Sequence record: SRR22947727_309
Direction: 5' to 3' (one strand)
DNA: 36,108 bases
Shown piece by piece: positions 20,923 to 31,025 of the stretch. The position numbers and the translations under genes were made by a program. The notes beneath the pieces are model-generated. The model did no database searches, was not told the origin of the DNA, and worked only from the letters and a program-made list of their open reading frames with translations. Within the stretch, counting starts at the first letter, position 1. Every line of letters begins with the position of its first letter.

Positions 20923-22734
20923 ATGCGATTTGGCGAAAACTTCATGAATGAAATAAAATCACGCATTCGGGTGTCGGATGTGGTTTCGAAACATGTTAAA
21001 CTAAAACGTCAAGGTCGAGAATTTTCAGGACTTTCTCCTTTTACAAGTGAGAAAACCCCTAGTTTTTTTGTAAATGATGAAAAGGGTTTCTATCATTGTT
21101 TTTCTAGCGGTAAACACGGAGATGCTATATCGTTTTTAATGGAGTTAGAAGGCCTTACCTTTCCTGAATCTGTTGAGCGTTTGGCAGAACAAATAGGTAT
21201 CGAAATGCCAAAGTCTGACCCTGCTGCTGAACAAAGAGCTGCCAGAAATAAAAATACTATTAATTGGATGGAACATGCCCAAGCTTTCTTTCAAAAGTCG
21301 TTGTATAAAAATATTGGCCAGTCATCACGTGATTACCTTAAGAGCCGAGGACTGACTAAGACTGCAGCAGATTACTTTGGTATAGGTTATGCTCCTGATA
21401 ATTTTTCAGCTTTAAAAGATGACCTTATACAAAAAGGTGCTAAACAAAAGACATTGATTGAAGCTGGTTTATTGGTACAGCCCGAGAATAAATCAAGACA
21501 ACCATGGGATCGTTTTAGAGACCGCATAATGTTCCCTATTCATGATTCTCGAGGACGTTTAGTGGCTTTTGGTGGTCGAGCCATGGATAAAAACTCTAAA
21601 GCAAAGTATCTAAATTCTCCTGAAACACCAATATTTCAAAAAGGACAATTACTTTATAATTACCACCGTGCTCATAAAGCAGTTTCCATTCCACAAAGTA
21701 ACGAAAGAGGTTTAATTGTCGCTGAAGGTTATATGGATGTAATTGCTTTGTCCCGTGCGGGTTTTAAACACTCTGTTGCCCCTATGGGTACTGCTCTTAC
21801 CGAAAGTCAGTTAATGTTACTTTGGAGATCTGGTCCTGAACCAATTTTGTGTTTTGATGGTGACAAGCCTGGCATTAGAGCCGCATATAGATCAATTGAA
21901 AGGGCTTTGCCCCTGATTGGCCCCACAAGGACTCTTAGATTTGCTATCTTGCCTGATGGAGAAGACCCAGACGACCTCATCAAAAACAAGGGTAAAATCG
22001 AGATGCAAAAAATATTGAATCAATCAATACCGTTAGTTAAAATGTTATGGGAGCGAGAGGTTAACTGCGGATCTCTAGATACCCCCGAAGCCAAAGCTGG
22101 ACTAAAGTCGAGAATACTCAATGCAATAAATGAAATTCAAAATGAGGAAGTGAGAACGCAATATAAGTCTGACCTCTTGAGTCGTTTCGACTCTGAATTT
22201 GGCCGAAGGTTTAAACACCAATTTAATAACCTTACCTCTTCTCGTAGTCCATCAACTGCGCTTAAAGCAACCATGCAGCCCAATGCCATAACTAAAGCTA
22301 GAGAAAGAAGATTAATTAGTGCAATTTTGGAATGGCCTGAGCTTTTAAACTACCTTGATGAAGTTTTTTTTGGATTAAAATTTACTACCTCTCCAGCGAT
22401 TAAGATGCAAAGTACGTTATTGTCTTATTGGCAGCTAACAAAATCGGTTGAAAAGTCTTCTCTTAATGCCCATATAGCCAATCAAGGAATGGAGACACTA
22501 AAAAGCGGATTTTCTCGAGATCGTAAACTTATTACGGCGGCAATGGGAGGCATCGACGCGGAACTGGAAACACGAACGGCCATCTGGATAAAAGAGGCCA
22601 GCACCTTATCAGGGTTTAGCCAGTCAGACGCAGATGGCAGTGAAACTATAACTTTGATGGCCGAGGCCATTAGAAATGATAATACTGTCGCCCTTAAGCG
22701 ACGCATGCGTGCCTCTAAAGAGGAGCGCGATTAA
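20923..22734 (+). CDS. dnaG: DNA primase
   Basis: SPFTSEKTPSF Zn-binding domain variant, FRDRIMFPI, AKYLNSPET, EGYMDVI and TOPRIM CFDGD..G, DPDD. Confidence 0.98.
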   Translation: MRFGENFMNEIKSRIRVSDVVSKHVKLKRQGREFSGLSPFTSEKTPSFFVNDEKGFYHCFSSGKHGDAISFLMELEGLTFPESVERLAEQIGIEMPKSDPAAEQRAARNKNTINWMEHAQAFFQKSLYKNIGQSSRDYLKSRGLTKTAADYFGIGYAPDNFSALKDDLIQKGAKQKTLIEAGLLVQPENKSRQPWDRFRDRIMFPIHDSRGRLVAFGGRAMDKNSKAKYLNSPETPIFQKGQLLYNYHRAHKAVSIPQSNERGLIVAEGYMDVIALSRAGFKHSVAPMGTALTESQLMLLWRSGPEPILCFDGDKPGIRAAYRSIERALPLIGPTRTLRFAILPDGEDPDDLIKNKGKIEMQKILNQSIPLVKMLWEREVNCGSLDTPEAKAGLKSRILNAINEIQNEEVRTQYKSDLLSRFDSEFGRRFKHQFNNLTSSRSPSTALKATMQPNAITKARERRLISAILEWPELLNYLDEVFFGLKFTTSPAIKMQSTLLSYWQLTKSVEKSSLNAHIANQGMETLKSGFSRDRKLITAAMGGIDAELETRTAIWIKEASTLSGFSQSDADGSETITLMAEAIRNDNTVALKRRMRASKEERD

Positions 22735-22840
22735 ATTTAAGTTTGGCTATGCCTGTTAGATCCACTTGGGATTATAATTGTATTGCTAACAGATTAAATA
22801 ATAAAACTAGGTCAAACTTAGTTTTTATTGGAGTAAAAAT

Positions 22841-24958
22841 ATGGCAAAAGCCGCCACAAAAAAAACCGCAAAGCAGACCACTGCTAAAAAACCAACTAAA
22901 CGAAAATCAGCTATACAAAAAGCGGAAGAACTTGCTCAAGCAGAAAAAGAGCTAGCCGTTGCACAAGCTGAAAAGGCTAAACCTCGTGTTCTTACATACA
23001 AACTTGATATGACTCATATTGAGACAAAGCGTATGGTTGCAATTGCACGTAAGTCCGGATTATTAACAACTGATGAACTAGGAAAGCATTTAAAAATAGA
23101 GGGTATTTCAGCCGAAGATATTGAGGTTGCTTTAGCGCAGCTTTCAGATTTAGGGATATCCGTTATCGAGGAAGTTGAAGAAGAAACGCTTGGTTCAAAA
23201 ACTTTAGCAAGAGCAGAGACGACTGCCGTTAAAGGAGGAAATTCAAAAGAAGAACTGGATCGTACAGACGACCCCGTTCGGATGTATCTTCGAGAAATGG
23301 GTGTAGTTGAACTCTTATCACGTGAAGGTGAGATTGCTATAGCGAAACGCATAGAAGCTGGTAGAGATACCATGATTAAAGGTTTATGTGAATCTGCCCT
23401 TACATTTGAAGCTATAATGGTTTGGCGAGAAGAGTTAGAAGAAGGCAGGATACTATTACGCGACATAATCGATCTGGATACAACCTACAATAGAGCTATT
23501 GGTAATATTCAAGAAGACCGATCTCAAGCTGCAGTTAGAAGAGAAAAAATTGAGAAAGGTGAGTTAGAGGCTACAGAAGAAGATCTAAATCAAAAGTTTG
23601 ATAACGGTAAAACAAAAATAGAAATTAACCGAGATTATAAAGAAGGAGAAAAGCCTATTGATGATGATGAAGATGAGGAGGAGGATAGAACAAATTTATC
23701 AATGGCTAATATGGAAGCTGCCCTTAGAGAAGATATAATGTCTAAATTGAGTAGAATAGCTCAAGATTTTGGGCGGTTTCAAAAATTACAGCAAATGCTC
23801 ATACGCTCTCGTTTATCTGGTAAAAAAATGCGAAAACCGCAGGCTGAAGAATATGACCAAATACAAACTGAAATAATTGAAGAAATAAAATCTCTTCACC
23901 TAAACAATGCAAGGATTGATGCGCTCATTGATCAATTATACTCGCTGAACAAACAATTTATAAATCTAGAAGGTAAATTAATGCGATTAGCTGATGGCAA
24001 CGGTGTGCCTCGAGTCGAGTTTTTGCATAGTTATTTAGGTTCAGAGCTTAACCCAAATTGGCTGGAAGAAATGGCTGGAACCTCCGAAGCTTGGGAACGT
24101 TTTGCAAAGCGTGAAAAGATTACGATTGAAAAACTTAGGGCTGAAATTGGTTCACTTGCCCAAATCACGGGTGTACCCGTCGATGAATTTCGGCGTATAG
24201 TACAGACTGTACAAAAAGGAGAACGAGAGGCTCGGCAGGCTAAAAAAGAGATGGTTGAGGCAAATCTGCGTTTAGTAATATCGATCGCAAAAAAATATAC
24301 TAATCGTGGCCTTCAGTTTCTCGACCTTATCCAAGAGGGAAATATAGGTCTCATGAAAGCAGTTGATAAGTTTGAATACAGGCGTGGATATAAATTTTCA
24401 ACTTATGCGACTTGGTGGATAAGACAGGCTATAACTAGGTCCATCGCTGACCAAGCTCGGACTATTCGTATACCTGTTCATATGATTGAGACGATAAATA
24501 AAATTGTAAGAACAAGCCGTCAAATTCTTCATGAAATTGGTCGTGAGCCGACACCTGAAGAACTTGCTGCTAAACTATCTATGCCGTTGGATAAAGTTCG
24601 TAAAGTTATGAAAATAGCAAAGGAACCTATTTCTCTTGAAACTCCTATTGGTGATGAAGAGGACAGCCAGCTTGGTGACTTTATAGAAGATAATAATGCA
24701 ATTTTACCAATTGATGCTGCAATCCAATCTAATTTACGAGAGACTACAACACGCGTTCTTGCTTCTTTAACCCCCAGGGAAGAAAGAGTGCTCAGAATGA
24801 GATTTGGTATTGGCATGAATACGGATCATACTCTTGAAGAGGTTGGTCAGCAATTTAGCGTCACTCGTGAAAGAATTCGCCAAATTGAAGCTAAAGCATT
24901 ACGTAAGTTAAAACATCCTAGCAGAAGTAGAAAATTAAGAAGTTTCCTTGATCAGTAA
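22841..24958 (+). CDS. rpoD: RNA polymerase primary sigma factor
   Basis: [62 protein letters not shown] and region 4 [17 protein letters not shown]. Confidence 0.99.
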   Translation: MAKAATKKTAKQTTAKKPTKRKSAIQKAEELAQAEKELAVAQAEKAKPRVLTYKLDMTHIETKRMVAIARKSGLLTTDELGKHLKIEGISAEDIEVALAQLSDLGISVIEEVEEETLGSKTLARAETTAVKGGNSKEELDRTDDPVRMYLREMGVVELLSREGEIAIAKRIEAGRDTMIKGLCESALTFEAIMVWREELEEGRILLRDIIDLDTTYNRAIGNIQEDRSQAAVRREKIEKGELEATEEDLNQKFDNGKTKIEINRDYKEGEKPIDDDEDEEEDRTNLSMANMEAALREDIMSKLSRIAQDFGRFQKLQQMLIRSRLSGKKMRKPQAEEYDQIQTEIIEEIKSLHLNNARIDALIDQLYSLNKQFINLEGKLMRLADGNGVPRVEFLHSYLGSELNPNWLEEMAGTSEAWERFAKREKITIEKLRAEIGSLAQITGVPVDEFRRIVQTVQKGEREARQAKKEMVEANLRLVISIAKKYTNRGLQFLDLIQEGNIGLMKAVDKFEYRRGYKFSTYATWWIRQAITRSIADQARTIRIPVHMIETINKIVRTSRQILHEIGREPTPEELAAKLSMPLDKVRKVMKIAKEPISLETPIGDEEDSQLGDFIEDNNAILPIDAAIQSNLRETTTRVLASLTPREERVLRMRFGIGMNTDHTLEEVGQQFSVTRERIRQIEAKALRKLKHPSRSRKLRSFLDQ

Positions 24959-24993
24959 AATAAGAAAGACAGCTGAAACGATGGAGGGTTTTC

Positions 24994-25698
24994 ATTATCT
25001 CTGAAGTAGTAGAAACTAGTCTTTATGGTCCGTTAAAAGGCTTCTTTTCTGGCATAGGTTATGATGTAAAGGGTGAAGTTGGTAATGCAGATTTAGTAGC
25101 TCTCCCCATAAAATTTAATAGTAAAAATGATCTTATAATTGTTGAATTAAAAACAGGCTTTTCTCTTTCACTTTTTCATCAAGCTGTACAACGGCAATCC
25201 ATTACTAAAAATGTTTACATAGCTGTTCCTCACAGAAAAGGAAAAAAAGCATATGTTTCTTTGAGAAGAAATAAAATGTTATGTAGAAGGCTTGGAATTG
25301 GTTTAATTACAGTCTGTCTTGATGAACACCTTGTGAAAGTAATTTGTGAACCAGGAGTTTTTAAGAGTAAAATAATAAAATCTCGCAAGACTAAGTTGAT
25401 AGAGGAGTTTGAAGCTTTACATGGCGATCCAAATAAAGGTGGAATGATATCATCTGGAGTTATGACTGCTTATAGGCAAGCAGCATTAAGGTGCGCTAAG
25501 GTTTTAAATGATAATGGTCCATTAAAGGCTTCTCAAGTGGCCAATAAATCATCTTATCTGAAGGCCCGTAATTTAATGGCTGCTAATTATTATGGATGGT
25601 TTGAGAGAATTAGTAGGGGTGTTTACGATATTTCAGAGGTAGGAAAGGATGCTCTTTTAGAACATGCTGACCTTCTTAATAGTATGTTTAAAGAATAA
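24994..25698 (+). CDS. DUF2161 family putative PD-(D/E)XK phosphodiesterase; non-canonical start (ATT/ATC) or start-loss allele
   Basis: The frame of the 25261 ORF is open back to 24964 and encodes ETSLYGPLKGFF..IGYDVKGEV..ADLVA...IVELK.GFSL.LFHQAV.RQ, then MTAYRQ.AL.CA and NYYGWFERI.RGVY. GGAGG at 24983-24987 precedes ATT 24994 and ATC 24997. Confidence 0.8.
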   Translation: MISEVVETSLYGPLKGFFSGIGYDVKGEVGNADLVALPIKFNSKNDLIIVELKTGFSLSLFHQAVQRQSITKNVYIAVPHRKGKKAYVSLRRNKMLCRRLGIGLITVCLDEHLVKVICEPGVFKSKIIKSRKTKLIEEFEALHGDPNKGGMISSGVMTAYRQAALRCAKVLNDNGPLKASQVANKSSYLKARNLMAANYYGWFERISRGVYDISEVGKDALLEHADLLNSMFKE

Positions 25699-25714
25699 CA
25701 TGGAGTGCTACTTA

Positions 25715-28522
25715 CTATTCATTAAGTAAGATTGGATCTCCATATCCTAGTTCCTTTAATCGATTTAACTGTGTTTTAGCATCACCGACTACTAATATGT
25801 TCATCTTAGAAGGATGAATATACTGAGCAACTAACGATTTAAACTTCTCAAGAGATAATTCTTTTATTAAATTAGAACTTTTAGCCTGATAATTATCATC
25901 ATAGTTGTATAAACTGATGTTATTTAAAATCTGTAATTTATTTGTTGATGTCTCATTTTCAAGAGCTTTACCGCGTATTAAGGCATTTTTCATAACTTTT
26001 AGCTCTGTGTCAGAAAAGCTAGTTCCATAGCTTGTGACTATATCGCGAATTAATTCAATAGCTTCTTTTGTGGCATTAGTTCTTACAGAGGATTGAATTA
26101 TAAATGTTCCCTCATCTTTTGTGCCATTAAAGCTAGATCTAATTCCATATGTATATCCTTTCTCTATTCGTAATTTTGAATTAAGTTTTGACGTATATAT
26201 TCCTCCGAGTGGGAAATTTATTGCTTTTGCCAATAAATAATCTTTGTCTGTTGCCCTCAAGGATGGATAATCCATTATAAGCACAGATTGTTTTGCGTCA
26301 GGAATATTATAGAAGTAAATTTTAGTTTCTTTTACAGAGTTTGCAGATTGTGGTAATATTTTTTTATTTATTGATTTTGTATCAAGAGCGAAACTAAATT
26401 TTTCTCTTACTTTTTTTGTATTGAAATTACCTACAATTCTCAATTTTGCATTATCTAAATTATAAAATTGACTGTAAAATTTTTTAAGGTCATCAATCTT
26501 TACTGCTTCTATTTTATTTTTGGGGCCATAACCTATATAATGCAAAATATTATTAGAATTATATTTTAATTTAGCATTTTCTCGGTATGCAATAAAGTTT
26601 GGATTACCTTCTGATTTGATTATGTTTTCAATGGCCTTTGTTTTTAATAATTCAAATTCTTTTTGATCCCAACGTGGCTCCTGTAGAATTTCTATAAGTA
26701 TACTCATGGTTGCATCAAAGTTTTTATTTAGAGTTACTCCTGTAATGTAAGTTCCTTCAACATCATTACGGATAGAGATGCTTGAACCAAGAGACTGAAT
26801 AGCATCTTCTAATTCAGAGGTTGTTTTACTTAAAGTTCCTTTACTAAGCATGTCAGCTAAAAGTCTTGGTACAGCTGGTTTTTCAATAGTCCCATATTTT
26901 CTTCCCGCATCTATAAACAATGAAAAGTTTATAAGTGGAGTTTCATTTGAAAAATTCCCGTACAGATTAAGACCATTTTTTAGTTGGGTACGCCATATAT
27001 TTGGTGCACTTATTTTATAGCTTGCACCAAATTTAGGCTCAATAGACCTGTCAAAAGAGGAAGGTGTGAACTCTTTAATCTCTCTCTTTTTAGGGTCATA
27101 TTCCGTTAAATTAAGCTTATCTGTTATTATTTTTTCTTCAACTATTTTAGCTTTTATTGAGCCTTTTAAAGCTAGTTTTTTCTGTCCCTTAGGAACAAAA
27201 CTTACATAAATTGCATTTTTATCTTTTATGTACTTTTTGTAAACATTTATAACATCATCTACCGTTACTGATAAAAGATTATTTACTTCTTCTTTGAAAA
27301 AACCAGGATCGTCAGTGTAGGTATTATACTCACTTAGCTGAATTGCTTTTCCTAATGCGCTCTGGATATTTTGATAGAAATCAATTTCAACACCAGCCTT
27401 TATTCGGTTTAGGTCTTTTTCTGAAATGCCATTATTCTCAAAATGTGCAAACCCTTTATTAAGTGATGGCAGAAGGGAATCAATACTTATATTTTCATTA
27501 GGGGACATAAACATGTAAATTTCACCGGCTATTTCTTTGGTGTAGTTAAAGGTTGTTATTTGTGAAGTAACCTTGTCCTCATCAATCATTATTTTGTTAA
27601 GAGGCGCATTTTTACCATCGGTTAAATATTCAATTAGTATATTTATTGCATATGAATCAGGATGGTACTGTTCTACAGCAGGCCATGTTATAGATAGCTG
27701 CGGTAATGTAGCAAAATTATCCTCATGGTAAAAGCTTTTGTCTGCTTTTAATGAAACTGGTTCTGCTTCATATGGTGAAATATCATTTCCTCTAGGTATT
27801 TCACTAAAATATTTAATTATCAGTTTTTTGGCTTCTGATTTATTAAAGTCTCCAGATAAAGTTAAAGTCACATTATTAGGCACATACCATTTTCCATAGA
27901 ATTCTTTTACGTCATCAAGTGTCGCTGAATCTAAATCATCTAATGATCCTATAACTTGCCAATTGTATGGGTGGTCAGAAGGATAAAGTGCTTTTGATAC
28001 AATATAAAGGTTATGACCAAAGGGTTGATTATCTACGCGTTGCCGTTTTTCGTTTTTAACGACTTGTTTTTCATTATCCAGTACTTCTTGTGTGACCGTG
28101 TTTATAAACCAACCTAATTTATCTGCTTCTGCCCAAATAATTTTTTCAAGACCCTCTTTTGGCACAGCTTGAAAGTACTGCGTCATATCATTTGTTGTAA
28201 AACCATTCGTACCATTGCCCCCTATTCGCGTATTCATTTCATCAAGCCCGCCATAGCCTAAATTTTCTGAGTCTAGAAATAGTAGATGTTCAAACAAATG
28301 AGCAAACCCAGTTCGTCCAGGCTGTTCCCTGCCAGAACCAACGTGTGCAGCTAAGTTAATAGCAACAATAGGATCTGATTTATCAATATGAAGTATTACT
28401 TCTAATCCATTATCTAATTTAAATTTTTCGAATTCTATAGTCGGATTTTTATCTGAGTTTTTAACGATTATCGCTAAAAATGAAATTATAGTTATTGCGA
28501 GTATTATTATATTTCTTTTCAT
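25715..28522 (-). CDS. M16 family zinc peptidase (pitrilysin/insulinase-like), exported
   Basis: N-terminal hydrophobic signal, GFAHLFEHLLF (HxxEH), VKNEKRQR and a duplicated C-terminal half with LRIEKGYTYG. Confidence 0.95.
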   Translation of the reverse strand: MKRNIIILAITIISFLAIIVKNSDKNPTIEFEKFKLDNGLEVILHIDKSDPIVAINLAAHVGSGREQPGRTGFAHLFEHLLFLDSENLGYGGLDEMNTRIGGNGTNGFTTNDMTQYFQAVPKEGLEKIIWAEADKLGWFINTVTQEVLDNEKQVVKNEKRQRVDNQPFGHNLYIVSKALYPSDHPYNWQVIGSLDDLDSATLDDVKEFYGKWYVPNNVTLTLSGDFNKSEAKKLIIKYFSEIPRGNDISPYEAEPVSLKADKSFYHEDNFATLPQLSITWPAVEQYHPDSYAINILIEYLTDGKNAPLNKIMIDEDKVTSQITTFNYTKEIAGEIYMFMSPNENISIDSLLPSLNKGFAHFENNGISEKDLNRIKAGVEIDFYQNIQSALGKAIQLSEYNTYTDDPGFFKEEVNNLLSVTVDDVINVYKKYIKDKNAIYVSFVPKGQKKLALKGSIKAKIVEEKIITDKLNLTEYDPKKREIKEFTPSSFDRSIEPKFGASYKISAPNIWRTQLKNGLNLYGNFSNETPLINFSLFIDAGRKYGTIEKPAVPRLLADMLSKGTLSKTTSELEDAIQSLGSSISIRNDVEGTYITGVTLNKNFDATMSILIEILQEPRWDQKEFELLKTKAIENIIKSEGNPNFIAYRENAKLKYNSNNILHYIGYGPKNKIEAVKIDDLKKFYSQFYNLDNAKLRIVGNFNTKKVREKFSFALDTKSINKKILPQSANSVKETKIYFYNIPDAKQSVLIMDYPSLRATDKDYLLAKAINFPLGGIYTSKLNSKLRIEKGYTYGIRSSFNGTKDEGTFIIQSSVRTNATKEAIELIRDIVTSYGTSFSDTELKVMKNALIRGKALENETSTNKLQILNNISLYNYDDNYQAKSSNLIKELSLEKFKSLVAQYIHPSKMNILVVGDAKTQLNRLKELGYGDPILLNE

Positions 28523-28548
28523 TATCTCTTCACCAAGAAAATTTAAAT

Positions 28549-29433
28549 TTATCTATTTTTTACGATACGGATTAGGCCCTCTTGGGCTGTAGATGCTATA
28601 AGCTCTCCATTTTGCGAGTAAAAGCTACCTCGTCCAAAATCCCTAGCCCTCATGGCTCTTGGGCTATCAATATGATAGTAAATCCATTTATTAACTCTAA
28701 TTTCCGAATGAAACCACATTGCATGATCAAGACTTGCTCCAATTAAGTTATGCGTATCTCTATTCCAAGTGTGAGGCATCAAGCCAACAGACATGAGTGC
28801 TTTATCAGAAATAAAAGCTAGAAGAGTCCTATGTGTTATAGGGTCATCTCCAATGTCATCACTGAATTTAAACCAAAACCCAAATTCAGGATCATACTCC
28901 CCAGGTTCAACTACCTTGTATAACTCTGGTGTTCGTATTTCTACGACTTTACTATCAAAGATAAGGCTGTGCTGTCTTAATGTTTCAATATTTACCTTTG
29001 GATTATTTTTAGAAAGTTTTTTAATGTGTTCAATGTCCGGTAAGATGTTATCTGGTCCTGGAATGTGCGAAGGTAAATCCATTTGATGGTTTAAACCATT
29101 CTCCATTTTTTGGAATGAAAGAGATGCATTAAAAATAGCTTTACCTTTTTGTTTTGCTACGACTCGACGTGTCGAAAAACTTTTTCCGTCTCGTATTGGG
29201 TCAACTTCGTAAATTATCTGTGAATTTAAGTCCCCTGGGCGAAGAAAATAAGCATGCAATGAGTGTGGTCGCCTAACAGGATCAACCGTTCTGACTGCTG
29301 CATTTAAAGCTTGCCCTAGAACTTGTCCTCCAAAAACTCTTGGAAGGCCCATTCTGAGCGCTTCACCAGTAAAAAGGTAGGTATCAATCTCCTCAACATG
29401 CATTTTTGATAAAAATTCTTTTAATGTAAACAT
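28549..29433 (-). CDS. tesB: Acyl-CoA thioesterase II
   Basis: RVFGGQVLGQAL, HSLHAYFLRPG, RDGKSFSTRRV, ASLDHAMWFH and ASTAQEGLIR. Start placed at ATG 29433. Confidence 0.95.
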   Translation of the reverse strand: MFTLKEFLSKMHVEEIDTYLFTGEALRMGLPRVFGGQVLGQALNAAVRTVDPVRRPHSLHAYFLRPGDLNSQIIYEVDPIRDGKSFSTRRVVAKQKGKAIFNASLSFQKMENGLNHQMDLPSHIPGPDNILPDIEHIKKLSKNNPKVNIETLRQHSLIFDSKVVEIRTPELYKVVEPGEYDPEFGFWFKFSDDIGDDPITHRTLLAFISDKALMSVGLMPHTWNRDTHNLIGASLDHAMWFHSEIRVNKWIYYHIDSPRAMRARDFGRGSFYSQNGELIASTAQEGLIRIVKNR

Positions 29434-29460
29434 TATTATATATTCTATTTTTTTATTAAA

Positions 29461-29509
29461 CATTACAAGCGTCACTTTTGCATAGACCTTATGCAATGAT
29501 TTTGTAATG
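29461..29509. promoter_or_regulatory. Nested inverted repeat / candidate regulator site between divergent tesB and the DAACS transporter
   Basis: Core TTGCATA-N5-TATGCAA (29478-29496) inside outer arms CATTACAA...TTGTAATG. Confidence 0.5.
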
Positions 29510-29607
29510 AAGGCGTATGAAAATTATTGGAAATTTGAAATTAAACCTCGAATTGAAAAATTCTTTGTAATTTTGTTAAACTGATGATGATTTAAGAAAG
29601 TTGTTCT

Positions 29608-30828
29608 ATGTTAAATAAACTGATCTCATTAGGATTAATATTAGGTTTGATCGTCGGCTTAGGCGCATCTATGACTGGAAATGAAATTTTGCACACAGTA
29701 GCAAAGACTTCCACGCCATTAGGTCAGATATTTATAAATGCTGTAAAAATGGTGGTGATTCCACTTGTGGTTTCTGTAATATTTACCAGCATAGCCCGCT
29801 TGGGGGATCCAAAAAAATTAGGTAGTATTGGGGTAGCTACTCTTACATTCTACTGTGGAACACTTTTACCCGCTATCGTTATAGGGATGGGTGTTATGTT
29901 TTTGGGATTGCGGTTTATACCTGAGATTAAAATGCCAACGAATGTTTACAGTCAAGTACCTGAATTACAATCTGCTGTAGATTTTATTGTAAGTCTGATT
30001 CCCGCTAATCCATTTTCTGCAGCATCTAATAGTCAAATACTTCCGCTGATAGTATTTACTGCTTTGCTTGCTGCTGCGACGGGAACGCTTGCTAGTGAAA
30101 AAAGAAAGAGAATGGTATTAGCAGCCGAAGATTTTAGTGAGGCTTTAATAAAGCTTGTGTGGTGGATACTTTATCTAGCACCTTTAGGGGTATTTGGATT
30201 GGTTGCGTCCTCTACTGCTTTGCTGGGATGGAGCCTTATCCAAAGTCTGATAGTCTTTATACTATGCGTATTGATTGGACTCTTTTTGCTACTAGCATTT
30301 GTTTTTTTACCTATGCTAATAATTTATGTAAAAATGAATATGTCTACATTTTTTAAAGGTAGTTTTGGCCCCGCTTCGATTGCCTTTTCCACTACAAGCA
30401 CTGCTGCAGCTATTCCAGTTTCCCTTGAGCATACAGTTAGTAAGCTCAATGTTTCAAAGCAAATATCAGACATGCTCATACCTCTGGGTGCATCGATTTA
30501 TAGACCAGGGAGTGCTTTGTTTCAGGGTGCTGCAATAATATTTCTAGCGCATATTTATGATGTAAGTTTAGTTACAAGCTCTTTAGGTGGAATAATTTTT
30601 GCAACGTTCCTCGTGTCACTTACAGTAGCACCAGTTCCATCCTCAGGTGTGGTGACAATGACACCAGCTTTGGCCACAATAGGAGTTCCAGTATCAGGCT
30701 TAGGTTTGATTCTTGGGATAGACCGTATTCCAGATATGATGCGAAGCTGTGTAAATCTATTAGGTCAGATTGCTGCTACTATTATCGTGGAGCAGCATAT
30801 AAAAAATAAAAATCAGTTTAATACTTAA
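29608..30828 (+). CDS. Dicarboxylate/amino acid:cation symporter (DAACS, GltP-like)
   Basis: Multiple TM helices, KMVVIPLV, IPANPF, AFSTTSTAAAIP, PLGASI and GIDRIPDMMRSCVN. Confidence 0.93.
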   Translation: MLNKLISLGLILGLIVGLGASMTGNEILHTVAKTSTPLGQIFINAVKMVVIPLVVSVIFTSIARLGDPKKLGSIGVATLTFYCGTLLPAIVIGMGVMFLGLRFIPEIKMPTNVYSQVPELQSAVDFIVSLIPANPFSAASNSQILPLIVFTALLAAATGTLASEKRKRMVLAAEDFSEALIKLVWWILYLAPLGVFGLVASSTALLGWSLIQSLIVFILCVLIGLFLLLAFVFLPMLIIYVKMNMSTFFKGSFGPASIAFSTTSTAAAIPVSLEHTVSKLNVSKQISDMLIPLGASIYRPGSALFQGAAIIFLAHIYDVSLVTSSLGGIIFATFLVSLTVAPVPSSGVVTMTPALATIGVPVSGLGLILGIDRIPDMMRSCVNLLGQIAATIIVEQHIKNKNQFNT

Positions 30829-30923
30829 ATAAATTATAAATAATTGTATTAATCTTACTTAGATTGTAAAATTGCTCTTTCCCTATACATAAAGCCGCGC
30901 TATAGAGCGACCGATTGCCAAAT

Positions 30924-31000
30924 GGGGGGATAGCTCAGTTGGTTAGAGCCACCCGCTCATAACGGGTTGGTCGGGAGTTCAAGTCTCTCTCCCCCTACCA
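30924..31000 (+). tRNA. tRNA with CAT anticodon, most likely tRNA-Ile2 (lysidine)
   Basis: GGGGGGA TA GCTC AGTTGGTTA GAGC C ACCCG CT CAT AA CGGGT TGGTC GGGAG TTCAAGT CTCTC TCCCCCT A CCA. It lacks initiator features, and the CGCTCATAACG arm resembles Ile2. Confidence 0.92.
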
Positions 31001-31025
31001 CGCATTCTACACTGCATGCTGTTGA

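Noticed and set aside
20368-24816. Antisense or overlapping ORFs at 20368-20724, 21807-21989, 22482-22706, 22743-22955, 23014-23466 and 24529-24816
   Set aside because: Shadow frames of the conserved yqeY, dnaG and rpoD genes with no independent coding evidence.
30924-31000. Initiator tRNA-fMet call for the CAT tRNA
   Set aside because: No C1:A72 mismatch and no three consecutive G:C pairs at the base of the anticodon stem. Ile2 fits better, though elongator Met is not fully excluded.
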